From positions 78,244,001-78,308,000 of the forward strand of contig CM059438.1 of the NCBI GenBank assembly GCA_030390025.1: DNA of 64,000 nucleotides. The letters are read 5' to 3'. This stretch comes from Squalus acanthias. Taxonomy: Eukaryota. Position 1 is the stretch's first letter; each line of letters starts with the position of its first letter. The translations under genes were made by a program, and so were the position numbers. The notes under the pieces were generated by a model that had not been told where the DNA came from, searched no databases, and saw only the letters and a list, made by a program, of their open reading frames with translations. Of this stretch, positions 11,859-24,327 are shown one piece after another.

Positions 11859-14184
11859 AATTTAAAATTGCAGCCCATTCGAGCCGCTCCCTTCAAATCA
11901 CTCCTAGTGTAGGAATGAAGATTAGCAAAGGGGAGGATTTGGGATTGATTGGTGACCATTTACTGAAACTACTACTGACCACTCACTAAAACTATCCAGT
12001 CAATGTGAAACTACAGGCCGAATCATCAACTGGGTTGCGCCTCAAAAGCACATTATTGTAGTCAAACAAGATCTGTAATCCTAACCTTGTATAGATCAGT
12101 GGTGAGACAATATTTGGATTAATGTGTGCAGTTCTGGACATCTTGCCTTCAAAAAGATAGGTGATCCATTAGAAGTTTCAGAGAAGAATGATCAGCATGA
12201 TTCTGTAATTGTGGAACCACCTCTTGGAGTGGTTGTTTGCAACTATTTAGCAAATAGCTGGGAACGATCGGACCAGTCAGCAGTTGCAAAGCTGTATCAC
12301 TGGTCTCTGCAGGCCAAGCGGGAGCACTTCAGTCACTTCTGCCAGTCACTACCAGTCATTCACACTCCTGCCAAAAGCAAGGTCACCGCTATTATTTTGC
12401 TTGACTTACTAAGAAGAAACTGTGAAGAACATTTCCTCGGAATTTGAAATGGTTGGGCTGAATCTATGATCGAGCAGAATGTACATGGTCTGTGAAAGGA
12501 ACAGACTTGAGGGACCAAATTACCTTTTCTTGCTTTCAACTCTCTTATGTAAAGGATACGTTGTTAAGAGTTGCCACCAGTACAAGCACGGCACTCCTCC
12601 AGGTGTTCCATGCCAAACAATACAGTGATTTGCAGAGTCTCCAGGCACTCATCTATGTGGCTGGGACCAGTCTAGATGACATGCCAAATGACTGATAGTG
12701 CTACATGCCACACAGACTGAAAGCCATGCTTGTTAGCAACTGAACCAACACTCAGAGCTGAATGTAATCCCGCTCTCACGTCAACTGTAGTAACTGCAGA
12801 TTGGACTGAAAACCTGCAAAAAGGAATCTAATACCCCATGCAAACCCTTTCCAGAGCCATAAATCTTGCATGCCCGATTGAACCCAACCTACACATTAAC
12901 TACGTCAGTGTGTATAGTTCAGTGCATGCATAGCATTGATTTTATTGGTGTCTAATCCCTGCTTCCGCATCCTGCTGATGCAACAGAGCTCTTTCCCTTT
13001 AGAAGGGGCAAAAAGATTGTGTCATGCTTCCTGTCCCTCTGACCTTCGTTTCCTTCAGATTCTGAAAGATGTACCTACTTTTGCTTCCTCTACTGGGAGT
13101 TCCACATCCTCAGACACTTCGACTAAGAGTTAATTTGCGCATGAAGATGCCGTGGACTGTGTCATGACGAGTGCGTTCCCCTTTGCTGGCGTTACTGTTG
13201 GTTCTTCCTGAGGATGCCTCAGGTTCAGTTGATGCCCTTCAAATCCCTGATGGTCAAGGCTGATCTTTAGAGATGGACTGGTTCCAGTGTTTCACTATCA
13301 ACCTTCACTTATAGTTGGGCATTTATGAGCAATCTTGTACACTGGGTTCCTGCCTTATACCTGGTTTCAGCGCTGTGTGGAATTTCTTTCAGGATGTATT
13401 GACTCATAGTTTTGAATCCTTCTCAGCTTTGTACTGAGTTACAGTAAGATGTGATACTGCCTGATTGTTTCAATAATCTCCCGTAACATAGTAGAATTCC
13501 TGTTTGATAAGGTGTTTATCTCAATGACTTCTTTCACTGTATAATATGCTTTTACTTACTGGTCCTATATACCATTGTGTATCATATATCCATGCATGAA
13601 TGCAATGACAAACTACAGATTTAATTCATAATGTCTGCTACTAAATAGACAGGATAAATTTTCACAGAACGCTCTTTCTGGTCATTCTGAAATCTAAGCC
13701 TATCCAAAATCTCTAAGCACTGTGATTTTATCCTTTTAACATAGGATAGTCAATACAAACTGCTGTCCACCCTTTACAATTTTCAGTTCTCATTGCCCTT
13801 TCAATGCTTTTCTTATCATCTGCTAAAATTATATCTGCACGGTTTCACTGCAGAATAAAGTTATAGCACTATAAGGAACGTTTGAATAATTTCTGATTTG
13901 CAGAATTTTATGAATTAAATAAATTGGTAAAAGAACATCCTTTGTTGGTATTACTCCCACTTTTTAAAGTATTTTTCTCCATTCCCTCTGACTTGGTCTG
14001 AATTACTTACGCCACAGTGGGGTAGTACCTGGCCAGTGCTGATCACCTTTCCATTACAACAAATCAGAGATCAGCAACTCAGCATATGGGGCTCATGAAT
14101 CAAACCCATGTCCTATTAATCTGGGGCAGAGTACTTTTGCGCCAATATAATGCACAATTGCACCACCCAAAATACTACTGCAAA

Positions 14185-14892
14185 AAAAAGAAAGACTTGC
14201 ATTTCTATAGCGCCTTTCATGACCTCAGGACTTTCCAAGATGCTTTACAGCCAATGAAATACTTTTTGAAGTGTAGTCACTGTTGTAACGTAGGAAACAC
14301 GTCAGCCAATTTGCGCACAGCAAGCTCCCACAAACAGCAATGTGACCAGATAATCTGTTTTTTTTTTGTGATGTTTAGTGAGGAATAAATATTGGCCAGG
14401 ACACCAGGGATAACTCCTCTGCTCTTCACAGAATCACAGAATCCCCACAGTACAGATAGAGGCCATTTCGGCCCATCGAGCCTGCACCGACACATATCCC
14501 ACCCTATCCCCGTAACCCCACGTATTTAATCCCCCTAACACTAAGGGTCAATTTATCATAGCCAAATCAACCTAACCCGCACATCTTTGGACTGTGGGAG
14601 GAAACCGGAGCACCCGGAGGAAACCCACGCAGACACGGGGAGAATGTGCAAACTCCACACAGACAGTCACCGGAGGCCGGATTCGAACCCGGGTCCCTGG
14701 TGCTGTGAGGCAACAGTGCTAACCACTATGCCACCGTGTTGCCCTTCTTTGAAATAGTGTCATGATATCTTTTATGTCCACCTGAGGGAGCAGACAGACC
14801 TCGGTTTAACATCTCATCTGAAAGGCGGCACCTTCGACAGTGCAGCAGTCCCTCAATACTGCACTGGAGTGTCAGCCTAGATTTTTGTGCTA
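14185..14892 (-). mobile_element. SacSINE1-like DeuSINE interrupted by an HE1 SINE
   Basis: Segments 14185-14427 and 14745-14892 join into the consensus ...gctcttc|tttgaaatagtg. Confidence 0.8.
14428..14744 (-). mobile_element. HE1-like V-SINE
   Basis: tRNA head gggcaacacggtggcatagtggttagcac...ggttcgaatcc; V-domain gtggagtttgcacattctccccgtgtctgcgtgggtttcctccggg; CR1-like tail. Confidence 0.85.
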
Positions 14893-17800
14893 GATTTTTT
14901 ACTGCAAACCTCAAAGGGTTAATATACCCTGGAGATATACCTAAGTCTTAGTGGACTATTACATAAACACAGTTCCATTCTGCCTTCCTTTGAAAAGGGT
15001 AACACCTAGTCTCAATGGAAAGAAAATTAAGGGGTAGCACAAGATTTATTGCAAAGGAAACACTTTCTTCTCTGAAGCCTGACAGTTTAAGTATTAACAA
15101 TAGAGGATGCACAGCGTGAACTGTCTCTCTGACAAAAAGCTCCACATTTTTTTTTTTATTGATCCTCTCTGTTTCCTTACGTTAACTCCCTTCCTGTAAG
15201 TTCTGAGATATTATTTCCCTCAAAGATCATGGTGATGCATAATCAGCAGGAATAAGAAGGTGCACTGTATCCTGACTACAAATATAGCTGTGACAAGGGT
15301 GTCATCCTCTGAGATTTATGATTAGGATTAACAGAAACAATGACCACTGGAGTTCTGTAACTTTGGATCCCAGTCAAAATGCATGTGTTTTGTATAACCT
15401 GAAGTAAAAGACAGTGTTGCTCTCTTTGAAAGGAAGCCAGACCTCTTACATATTGAACAGACATAATCATTAACTAGGACAGACTGTTGTGAATTATCCA
15501 TTTGAAACCTAAAGATACTTGGTTACAGTGTTAGCAACAACCTTCAATCTTTGGATGACCGAAGTACACTTTCGGACTGCTTAGCTAATATGGAATTTTT
15601 CTGGCCAAGAATATTACTGCAAAAATCAAATTGTGTAATTTATTCTGAACAATGTTTGAGAGAGGTCAGTAAATATCTTCCCGCTTTTTGTCACTATTAA
15701 GCCACCTTTACGCCATGTTCAGCATCGTTAGACATGGAGGAAAGCCTCCTCTACTCTGCCCCAACTATATGCCTTGATGTCAGCCTCAGGACTGTATTCC
15801 CAGTTTACACACTCTGTAAGTGTGCCTGCTGCCTATGTAAGCGAGACTGCCAATTTAGTGATGAACTGTGTACTTGCACCCATTAATACCCACTTTCACT
15901 CGGAACCCTTGTATCTAGCAGAGAGAGGGAAGACATTTAATATTGGCCAGATTCACACCTTAGGTTCCAGCATTGAAAAAAAAACATTTGTGCAATTTTT
16001 AAAAGCATTTGCACAACCAATATTGAAATGAAATTATTCAAAGCTGAGTTCATTGGTGAGGAGTACTTTTAGAACTGCACTCATTTATAATAAACTCAAT
16101 ATCAATCATCAGATCCATCTGTTTGTCTTGTAACAAACTATATCTTAAAGTAATTTTATAACATTCTAAAGTGAGACCACATTGCTAAGGTGATGATGCC
16201 ATGCAAATTCCCTTTTTCAATTTTCTACAGCCCTACCCAACAGATACTGCCCATATAAAGAAAAAATGAAAGGCTGAATATTTATTTAATGCTTTTTATA
16301 TAGGTAATATGGTTTACGTTCTACACCCATACTTCCCTTTATTGACTCTGTAAGGTGTGCTTGTCCTACTTGTACCCTAAAGCTGTGTCTATGTGTTCCC
16401 TGAATCGGAGGAAGGAACTGTGGTGGCTGGTTGATGGAGGTGCAATGTAGCCCTGTTGGGATGGTTGTGGCCTTGAACATCTGGAAGCAATGTCCACGAA
16501 ACAGCTGGGACCACATCCAGCAGCATAGTGGCTGGCAGGATCTGCCCATATTCATGCACTTTGTCAGTCCTTTGAGGGACCTGGCTGCAGTGGGAAGTTG
16601 TTTGGCCACCATGAGAGGAAGCTGCCACATCAGACCCTTCTCCTGCCGTGCCCCAGGGGTTGGACACAGCAGGCTACTTGAGAGTGACCTGCTGTCACTG
16701 CTCTTTCCAAACAGTCACCCAATAATGTCCAATTCAGGCAGTGACAGCCTTGTGCAAAAGGATGCTGAAGGTTTCAATGGCACTAGTTACAGTATTCATG
16801 AGCGAACACTGTTCAATGCTTGTTCCCTCAGTGCTTTGGGGGGCTCCTGTGCAGATGGTGGTGAAGATGACACTTGCTCCATGGTACTCTGCATTTGTGT
16901 AAAGCCCTCTGGATACTGTGATCTTACATGAGCTGTCACTTGTATTCTCCTGTCTTTATGGAAGGTGGACTAAAAAGCACACTAGTGAGACAAAGCGTGA
17001 CTACAAACTGGTTTATTTGATATAAAATAACTGAACAGAATACAGTTTTCACAATGAGATTCAATCAATTCCTTATTGTTCTATGTACCAAAAAACAAAT
17101 CAAAATACACGACTCTGCTGTTACAGGTTACACTCACTTAGAAGTTAGCTGTCCCTGAGCTAATTAGCACCTCGCGTCCTCTGTTCTGGGCTGTACTTGT
17201 TCATATCCAGGCCTGGACTCTCGCTATCTCTCTCTCTCCCTTAACAACTCGAGAGAAATATTTCTTTGTGCCTCTGACTGCCTCAAATTACCTTTCCAGA
17301 GCGAGCGAGAGAACTTCTTCCTTTAAAATGTAAATCCAATGTAATAAAATAATAGTTCCACTACAATAAGCTGAAAAACGCAAAAGAAATCTCAACCATT
17401 AACAAAAAAAGTAACTTTACTGAAATAAACATCATGTACGCAAAGCCTTAAAATAGTCAGTACTTTGCTTCTGTCCATATTTGTTAATAAATCACTTGCT
17501 ATCCTGCACTTGTGACATTTATTAGCATTAGTTTCATAAAGTACAGTTAAGTTAATGCATGACATATGAACTGCGCTGTTTGAAATGAGTGTAGTGCTGT
17601 GTCATGATTGACGCATTTGAGAGTCCAGAGATGCAAAGATAATTATGAGCCATACACTAATGAATGGAAGCTTGATTGCAGCACCATCCATCAGAAATTA
17701 TGGTTCTGTACTCATTGTTATGCAATTATATTCAAAAGGCTGCATACTAATATCATGTCATTTTCCAAAGATCAAATTCTTACAGAAATGGTGAAGCTGG

Positions 17801-18669
17801 TAGATGTTACTAGACTTTTCACAGATTGAAAACATTCACAGTACACAAAAGAAGCTATTATCAGTTCTCATTTATCCAGCAGATTTTTGCCTAGGCCTTT
17901 TCAAATCAGACGGAGTACAGATTTAAAGGCACTGGACAATTTTGCTGTGCGTAAATTTGAATTGCATTTTAACATAGCAGTTAAGAGCAAAGTAAGAAGA
18001 CATTTTTACATTACATGTTTATTCATTTTAATTTTAAATTGCACCTGTTCCAGGTCGCAATATATTCAATAATGTTAAAGTAAAATGCTAGTGGATATGT
18101 ATTTTGCGTATAAAGTAATTATATATGTATCATTACCAAATTATATATTTTTGAAGCAAACACAGCAATGTGAAACAAACTTACGAGCATGAGTGCTACC
18201 CTTACTTTGTAACTCTATATAACAGGACAGCGCTGTTTCAATGAATCCTCCAATGCAGAGCATTCAGGTTCCTGTTGCTGGCAAGGAGTGATGAGTTTTC
18301 AACCATTGAACTAAGATAATGATTCCATTGTAGTTCAAGCTTGCCAAGTACACTGATGGAGTTTTTTAAATTTCAGTCCATGGGTTTGCGAATGCAGTGA
18401 TAAGTGCTGACGCGGAGGAAAGGAAGGGTAGGAATGTTTTCCTCTCTCAATCCCACCATTGAAAACCGATATCAGGAACAGGGAAACACAATGAATGCTC
18501 TTTGGTGGATTTTACATTGGACTTTGAAAAGACATACAGGAGCCGATTTTACTGCCCCCACACCTGCTCCAGCATAAGTTGGGGGGGGTCCGCTGCTGGA
18601 CCGAGCCCGTGTTTCTGGGTTCGGGTGATTTATCTTTTGTGGGTATGCGCCAGGCCTGCCAGGCCGTGA

Positions 18670-19560
18670 AAATTTCAATTGACCCTCAGCATCCACAGCC
18701 TTTTGGGCGAGAATTTCACTACCCTTTGTGTGAAAAAGTGCTTCCTGATTTTCCTCCTAAATGGCCTAGCTCTAATTTCAGGATTGGGCCCCATTTATTC
18801 TGGATTTCCTCCACCAGAGGAAATAGTTTCTTTGTATCTACCCTATCAAATTCCTTTATCATTTTAAACACCTCGATTAGATCACCCCTCAACCTTCTAA
18901 ACTCAAGGCGATACAAGCCAAGTTTATGCAAATTGTCCTCATAATTTAACCCTCTAAATCCTGGTATAATTCTGGTGGATCTGCACTGCACCCCGTCAAG
19001 GCCAATATATCCTTCCTGTGATGTGATGCCCAAAATTAAATGCAGTACTCTAGATGGGGTCTGACCAAGGCCCTGTCACTGAAGCATAATTTCTTCCCTT
19101 TTGTATTCCAGCCCCCTTGAGCTAAAGGCCAACATTCCATTAGTCTTTTTGATTACCTTGTTGTACCTGTGCACTAGCTTTTATTGATTTGTGTATATGG
19201 ACACCTAAGTCCTTTTGGTCCTCTACAGTTCCTAGTTTCTTGCCATTAAGAAGATATTCCAATTTGCCTTTCTTGGATCCAAAGTGAATGATCTCACACT
19301 TCCCCACATTATCTGCCACAGTTTTGCCCACTCACTTAATTTGTCTATGTCCCTTTGTAACTTCTTTCCCATCCACACAACTTACTGTGTCTCCTAACTT
19401 AAGTGTCATCTGTAAACTTAGATATCCAACTCTCTATTCCTTCATCCCAGTCACTGATATATATGGTGAGACACTGAGGCCCCAGTATAGATCCCTGGGG
19501 AACACCACTTGTCACATCCACCCATTGGAGTACATTCCCTTTATCACTACTCTATGTCTC
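18670..19560 (-). mobile_element. CR1 LINE, RT C-terminal fragment
   Basis: GKCEIIHFG..KDLGV..GLYRLEFRRLRGDLIEVFK, frameshifted. Confidence 0.88.
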
Positions 19561-19635
19561 CTACCTCACATATGCATTACATTTGCATATATAATTCTCT
19601 CTTCTATTTATTACCACGGTTTATCCAGACACAGA

Positions 19636-20834
19636 GGCCACGATTCCGTCTTCCGAGGCGGGTCTGGGGCGGCCGGGGTCGGTGGCGGGGTGCGACCCCG
19701 CTGCTGGCTCCATCCCGCTCTGTGAAAAGAATTTTATGCTGATTGGGCTTGTTAAGCCTGCCCAGCGCATTTCCTGGCCAATTGAAGGAAGCAGGTCTGA
19801 TGACGTCACTTGATGACGCGTCATCAGTTGGTTTCCTTAAAGGAACCATGCGCAAATTGTTTTTGACAGTTCTGCTGTCAGTGTTCTGCAGCATTGAGGT
19901 GCTGCAAACACTAACAGGCACTGAACAAAGGTGCACGGTTGCACCCAGGCTCTCCCATGACTCCCTCCATATGCTTTTGGAGTGAGTCACAGCACGCAGG
20001 GAGGTTCTCTTCTCTTCCCATGGGCGGAAGAGACCTCCCCAGGAGATCAACGCAGCCTGGTTGCACATTGCACAGCATCAAGTGAAGTAAATGTTGCCAT
20101 GGTGAGGCCATCCCTGGCGATCTGGGCAGCAATATGGTCGGGTGCTGATGCCAAGTGTCCTGTGTAGCACCAGCTGATTGCGGAGAAGGTTGGTGTTGTT
20201 GTTGGTGCTGCTGGTGTGCCTGGTGCTGCTGGTGTTGGGGCTGATCGTGGTGGGATTCTGAGGACCAAGGTGAGATTTTGTTAATGGTACCGATGCTGAT
20301 GGAAGAGGTGGCAGGTGAGGTTGAGATAACAGAAGCGATCTGTCAATGGAGAGAGAGGTTGTTCCAATGAGGTGACACTGGATACAGAGTTTGCTCCAAA
20401 CACTTGTAAGCTGCGTAAAGCTCAATATGTCTTCCAAATGCAGTAACTAACCTTGCAAAGTGAACACTATGAAATGGGAGCTTTTATAGATCATTTGCAG
20501 CTGTCAAATAAAGAATTCATCACATACTGACACAACACCCGACCTCCTTACCTGACGTGATCCCTAAGCAGTGGGCAAGCCATGGGAGAACACGTAAAAT
20601 TGAAAGGTAGGCATAAAATACTACTTAATTGGCTCTTAACAATGTATCTAATGATGTCAGTTGCTTCCCCCGCCGCTTGGTGTCGGGTCTGTTCTGCGAT
20701 AACTGACCCGACATCTGGGAGACTAGCATGGAGGCGGGTTGACAGCGAGTTCCCGACCCGCTGTCAAAAAAAAAACATTTTCCCAGCCAACCCGCCACCA
20801 AACGTGCCCCCTGACCCCCCGAAAAATTCCGGCC
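19636..20834 (+). mobile_element. Harbinger-like non-autonomous element (family D), internally deleted
   Basis: Collinear with 30189-31976 apart from a deletion of about 590 bp. GGCC termini with aga/aga flanks. Start of a Myb-like ORF (VAPRLSHDSLHMLLE). Confidence 0.72.
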
Positions 20835-21059
20835 AGAATGACCGAAATGAAATTATGAAGCAAGCATAATGGCTCAGCAAGCTATAAACGTGTTGACTGT
20901 TGACTCACCCTTCTCATAATTTAGAAGTTGTGACTTAAACCCCATCCCGACCAAAAGCAACCTCATACCGCACCAGTCATTCCTAAGAACTTAGGCGATA
21001 TTCCAGGGCCTGACAGAACATTTAACGTTTGTCAATTGGTCCTTGTTGCATCATCTTGA

Positions 21060-21290
21060 TACCCTTCCATGCACTAGTCTCAGACGCTCTTCATTTTGAA
21101 AGTGGTATTTAAAACGATAGTCTCCCAAAATACATGCAACCCTTTTGCTTGGGTGACATCTTTTATTGTAAAAAATTCTCTTTTCATGTTTTGCCATCTC
21201 AACTGCTAATAATTCCACCTTCTCATCCTTCCTGAGCCTTTCAATCCTTTTCCCTCCCGTCTCCAACTTTTTCCCCTTTGCACATGTGCA
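21060..21290 (-). pseudogene. Possible Myb/SANT-like transposon ORF remnant
   Basis: EKVELLAVEMAKHEKRIF resembles the first helix of Myb_DNA-bind_5. Confidence 0.3.
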
Positions 21291-22246
21291 CACAGCAAGG
21301 CAGTTTTATATTTGGGTATCTTTTCTTCAGGTTGCTAACGGGAGTATGAATTCTCTTCTCCTGAGGAAATTCTGCTGCATTGTGTGCACCCACTTTCCAA
21401 TGTTATTAACATCATTATCCTATAACATATTTCAGAGTGGCATTGAGAGAGGCCTGAATGCTCGTTCCCTGCTCAATTCAAAGGGGAATAATATTTAGCG
21501 CAGGGGGACCCAGGGTGAGTGGAAAAATATTTAAGTGTTGGGGGAATAATAAAATATATAAATTATTATGATGCCCCATTAGAATGGATTAAGGCAGTCA
21601 TATCAGAACAAGTAAAATGAGACCTTACGAAATATAGGATGCGTAGTGAAAGGATTATATGAAAGGTCAGGGTAAAATGAGTCATCCATGGACAATGACC
21701 CTGATAAGTCTGTTCATGGATTTAATTAATGCAATCAGGAGGGTTAGTTAATGTTCTATAAATATGATAATGTAATCAGAGACCAATTCATTATGTTCTT
21801 TATAATGGTATTGACACAAACGCTGGGTGTGAAAATATTGAAATGTGTTTTGCTGGTTGAATTCAGGTAAATTGGAGATAACTAAAGAGTTTCAACCTCA
21901 AAAAAAAAAGGATAAAAGAGCAATATTGCATTTTCAAAACAGATTTATTAAATTAATATGAAATAAGGAAGTGCATTATGTTAGCAACAAATATGATATT
22001 AAATTGGCTAAACTGTCCTATTCAGTCATGTCTTTAGAATGTAAAAATACATTGAACACTGTGTTCCATTCATACAATTAAAAAATAAAAATATTGATAC
22101 AATCTCTCCAATAGTTTACTGGGAATCCGAGTGGATTCAGATAGATACCTCAGTGCATGCTGTGCCCTTGATGTGATTTACACAACTCTGATTGATTGAT
22201 TGATTCTGTTTTTATACATGGAAAGAATGGGGGTAACTATGACTTT

Positions 22247-22363
22247 GGGGGCGATTCAGACGATATGAAGCCAAATGGAAATGAAAATCGGGAGAGATGT
22301 GCAACGGGCGGCTGAATCGATATCGCCCGTTTTACACTGTCGCCCAAAGGCAAAATTACCCCC
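22247..22363 (+). mobile_element. Small MITE (family E), partial
   Basis: aatggaaatgaaaatc...atatcgcccgttttacactgtcg...aaaattacccc shared with 26528-26679 and about 47985-48080. Confidence 0.65.
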
Positions 22364-22482
22364 AATAAGTCACATGCTGCACAAGCAAATGTTCAGCCAA
22401 GTGACAAAATGAACCCTACAGCAGATCATCAGTTAGCACAGGTTGCCAGGAAGAATGGTTGAGATCAGGTCACTGCACCCAT

Positions 22483-23011
22483 TGGCAGGATAGGCACACC
22501 AACGTCAGTGTTCTTGCTCAGGCCAACATCCCCAGCATCGAAGCTTTGACCACGCTCGATCAGCTCCGATGGACGGGTCACATCGTCCGCATGCCCGATA
22601 CGAGACTCCCAAAACAAGCGCTCTACTTGGAGCTCTGACACGGTAAGAGAGCCCCAGGTGGGCAGAGGAAATGCTTCAAGGACACCCTCAAAGCCTCCTT
22701 GAAAAAGTGTAACATCCCCACCAACACCTGGGAATCCCTGGCCCAAGACCGCACAAAGTGGAGGAGAAGCATCCGGGAAGGCGCCGAACACCTCGAGTCT
22801 CTTCGCCGGGAGCAAGCGGAAGCTAAGCGCAGGCAGCGCAAGGAGCGCACGTCAACCCAAGCACCCCACCCACCTGCCCCTTCAACCACCGTCTGCCCCA
22901 CCTGTGACAGAGACTGTAGGTCCCGCATTGGACTCATCAGTCACCTGCAAACTCATTTTTAATGTGGAAGCAAGTCATCCTCGGTTCTGAGGGACTGCCT
23001 AAGAAGAAGAA
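22483..23011 (+). mobile_element. RTE (BovB-like) LINE 3' fragment
   Basis: QLRWTGHIVRMPDTRLPKQ; WESLAQDRTKWR; CPTC..CRSRIGLISH zinc finger; (AAG)n tail; possible TSD gcacccat/gcactcat. Confidence 0.92.
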
Positions 23012-24107
23012 GCACTCATCTGAGAAACAGCCAGTCACTGCGATGGGAACAAAGTAGGATTGGTATCCTGCAAGGGTGACGTCAAATGGGTCAAACAGCC
23101 TTCTTCATCCAAACCTATCAAGTGTTCTTGTGAACAGAGGGCTCAACTAAGCCACTGAGGTCTGAAGTGTAATAGCCCCAGAAGAGGACTTACCTTCTAA
23201 GATCTTGTGCTAGAGCAGCTAATAGGATTAAGTGACTCTGACACCTCTGCAGGGACATTATATCAGGCTGGGAGCAAGTACTCAGTAGGATGCCACAAAG
23301 ATTGGTGTTGGAACCCCTACAGTTTCTAATTTACAATTCAGACTTAAATCAGAAGCTCAGTGCAAACAGGGCAAATTAATAGATACCAAATCAAGAGCGA
23401 TGTTGTGTCCGAGGAAGCAGCTCAAGAACTACAAAATAAATTAGGCAAAATTTGGTGCTACATTTATCACCCATTCATAGTCAATGGGTATAAAGCCTAG
23501 ATTGTGATGCATAGGTAGGCTGATCAATGGCAGATGAAATTAAATACAGACCAGCGTCAAGTACTGAACATAGAAGAAACAAATAAGTGACATATGGGGT
23601 CCACCAATGGTCAAAATAGCTGAGGATGAAGTTGAAAGGCTCGATACTCAAGCACTGCAGAGCAACGGCCAACAAAGCAATGGAATACTTAACTATATGG
23701 CCATAGCAGTAGAGTCCAAGTCCAAGGAAGTTACGCTTAAACTGTATAGTGCTCTGTTCAGACCATATCTTGACTACCGTGTGCAGTTCACAACGGAAAC
23801 ATTCAAGCACATGGAGGCGATTCAGAGAAGAGCAACCAAACCGATCCTTTGTGTCAGGGGTCTAAGTTATGTGAAAAGACCAGAGAAATTTGGGCTTTTC
23901 AGTTTTGAAAGGAGACGACTGAAAGATGATCATATCGACCTATATAAGGTAGTAAAATGCATAGAAAAGCTACATGCAGAACACTGCTTCAAAGTGAACC
24001 ACGACAGTAGGGCAAAGAGAATCAGGTTCTTAGGAAGATCAGGAACAGGTGTAGGCCATTCAGCCCCTCGAGCCTGCTCCGCTGATCTGTACTTCAACTC
24101 CATTTAC

Positions 24108-24327
24108 AAAAGCAAAATACTGCGGACGTGGGAAAACTGAAATAAAAAACAGAAAATGCTGGAAATACTCAGCAGGTCAGGCAGCATCTGTGGAGAGAGA
24201 AACAGAGTCAACGTTACAACTCTAACCTTTTCCAGTTCTGACGAAAGCTCATCGACCTGAAACGTTAACTCTGTTTCTCAGATGCTGCCTGACCTGCTGA
24301 GTATTTCCAGCACTTGCTGTTTTTATC
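24108..24327. mobile_element. PLE family 1, inverted-tail insertion
   Basis: Minus arm 24108-24215 carries the true 3' end; plus arm 24216-24327. 14-bp TSD tcaactccatttac at 24094-24107 and 24328-24341. Confidence 0.82.
24234..24270 (+). ncRNA. Minimal type I hammerhead ribozyme motif (PLE-associated)
   Basis: agtt-CTGACGA-aagctcatcgacct-GAAA-cgtt-aact; one mismatch in stem II. Confidence 0.6.

Noticed and set aside
14670-14744. tRNA gene-like sequences (also about 55575-55647 and 52845-52915)
   Set aside because: These are tRNA-derived SINE heads followed by SINE bodies.
21530-22070. Possible very old LINE RT remnant; also an LTR-element-like tract at 12900-13450
   Set aside because: No motif readable with enough confidence to call.
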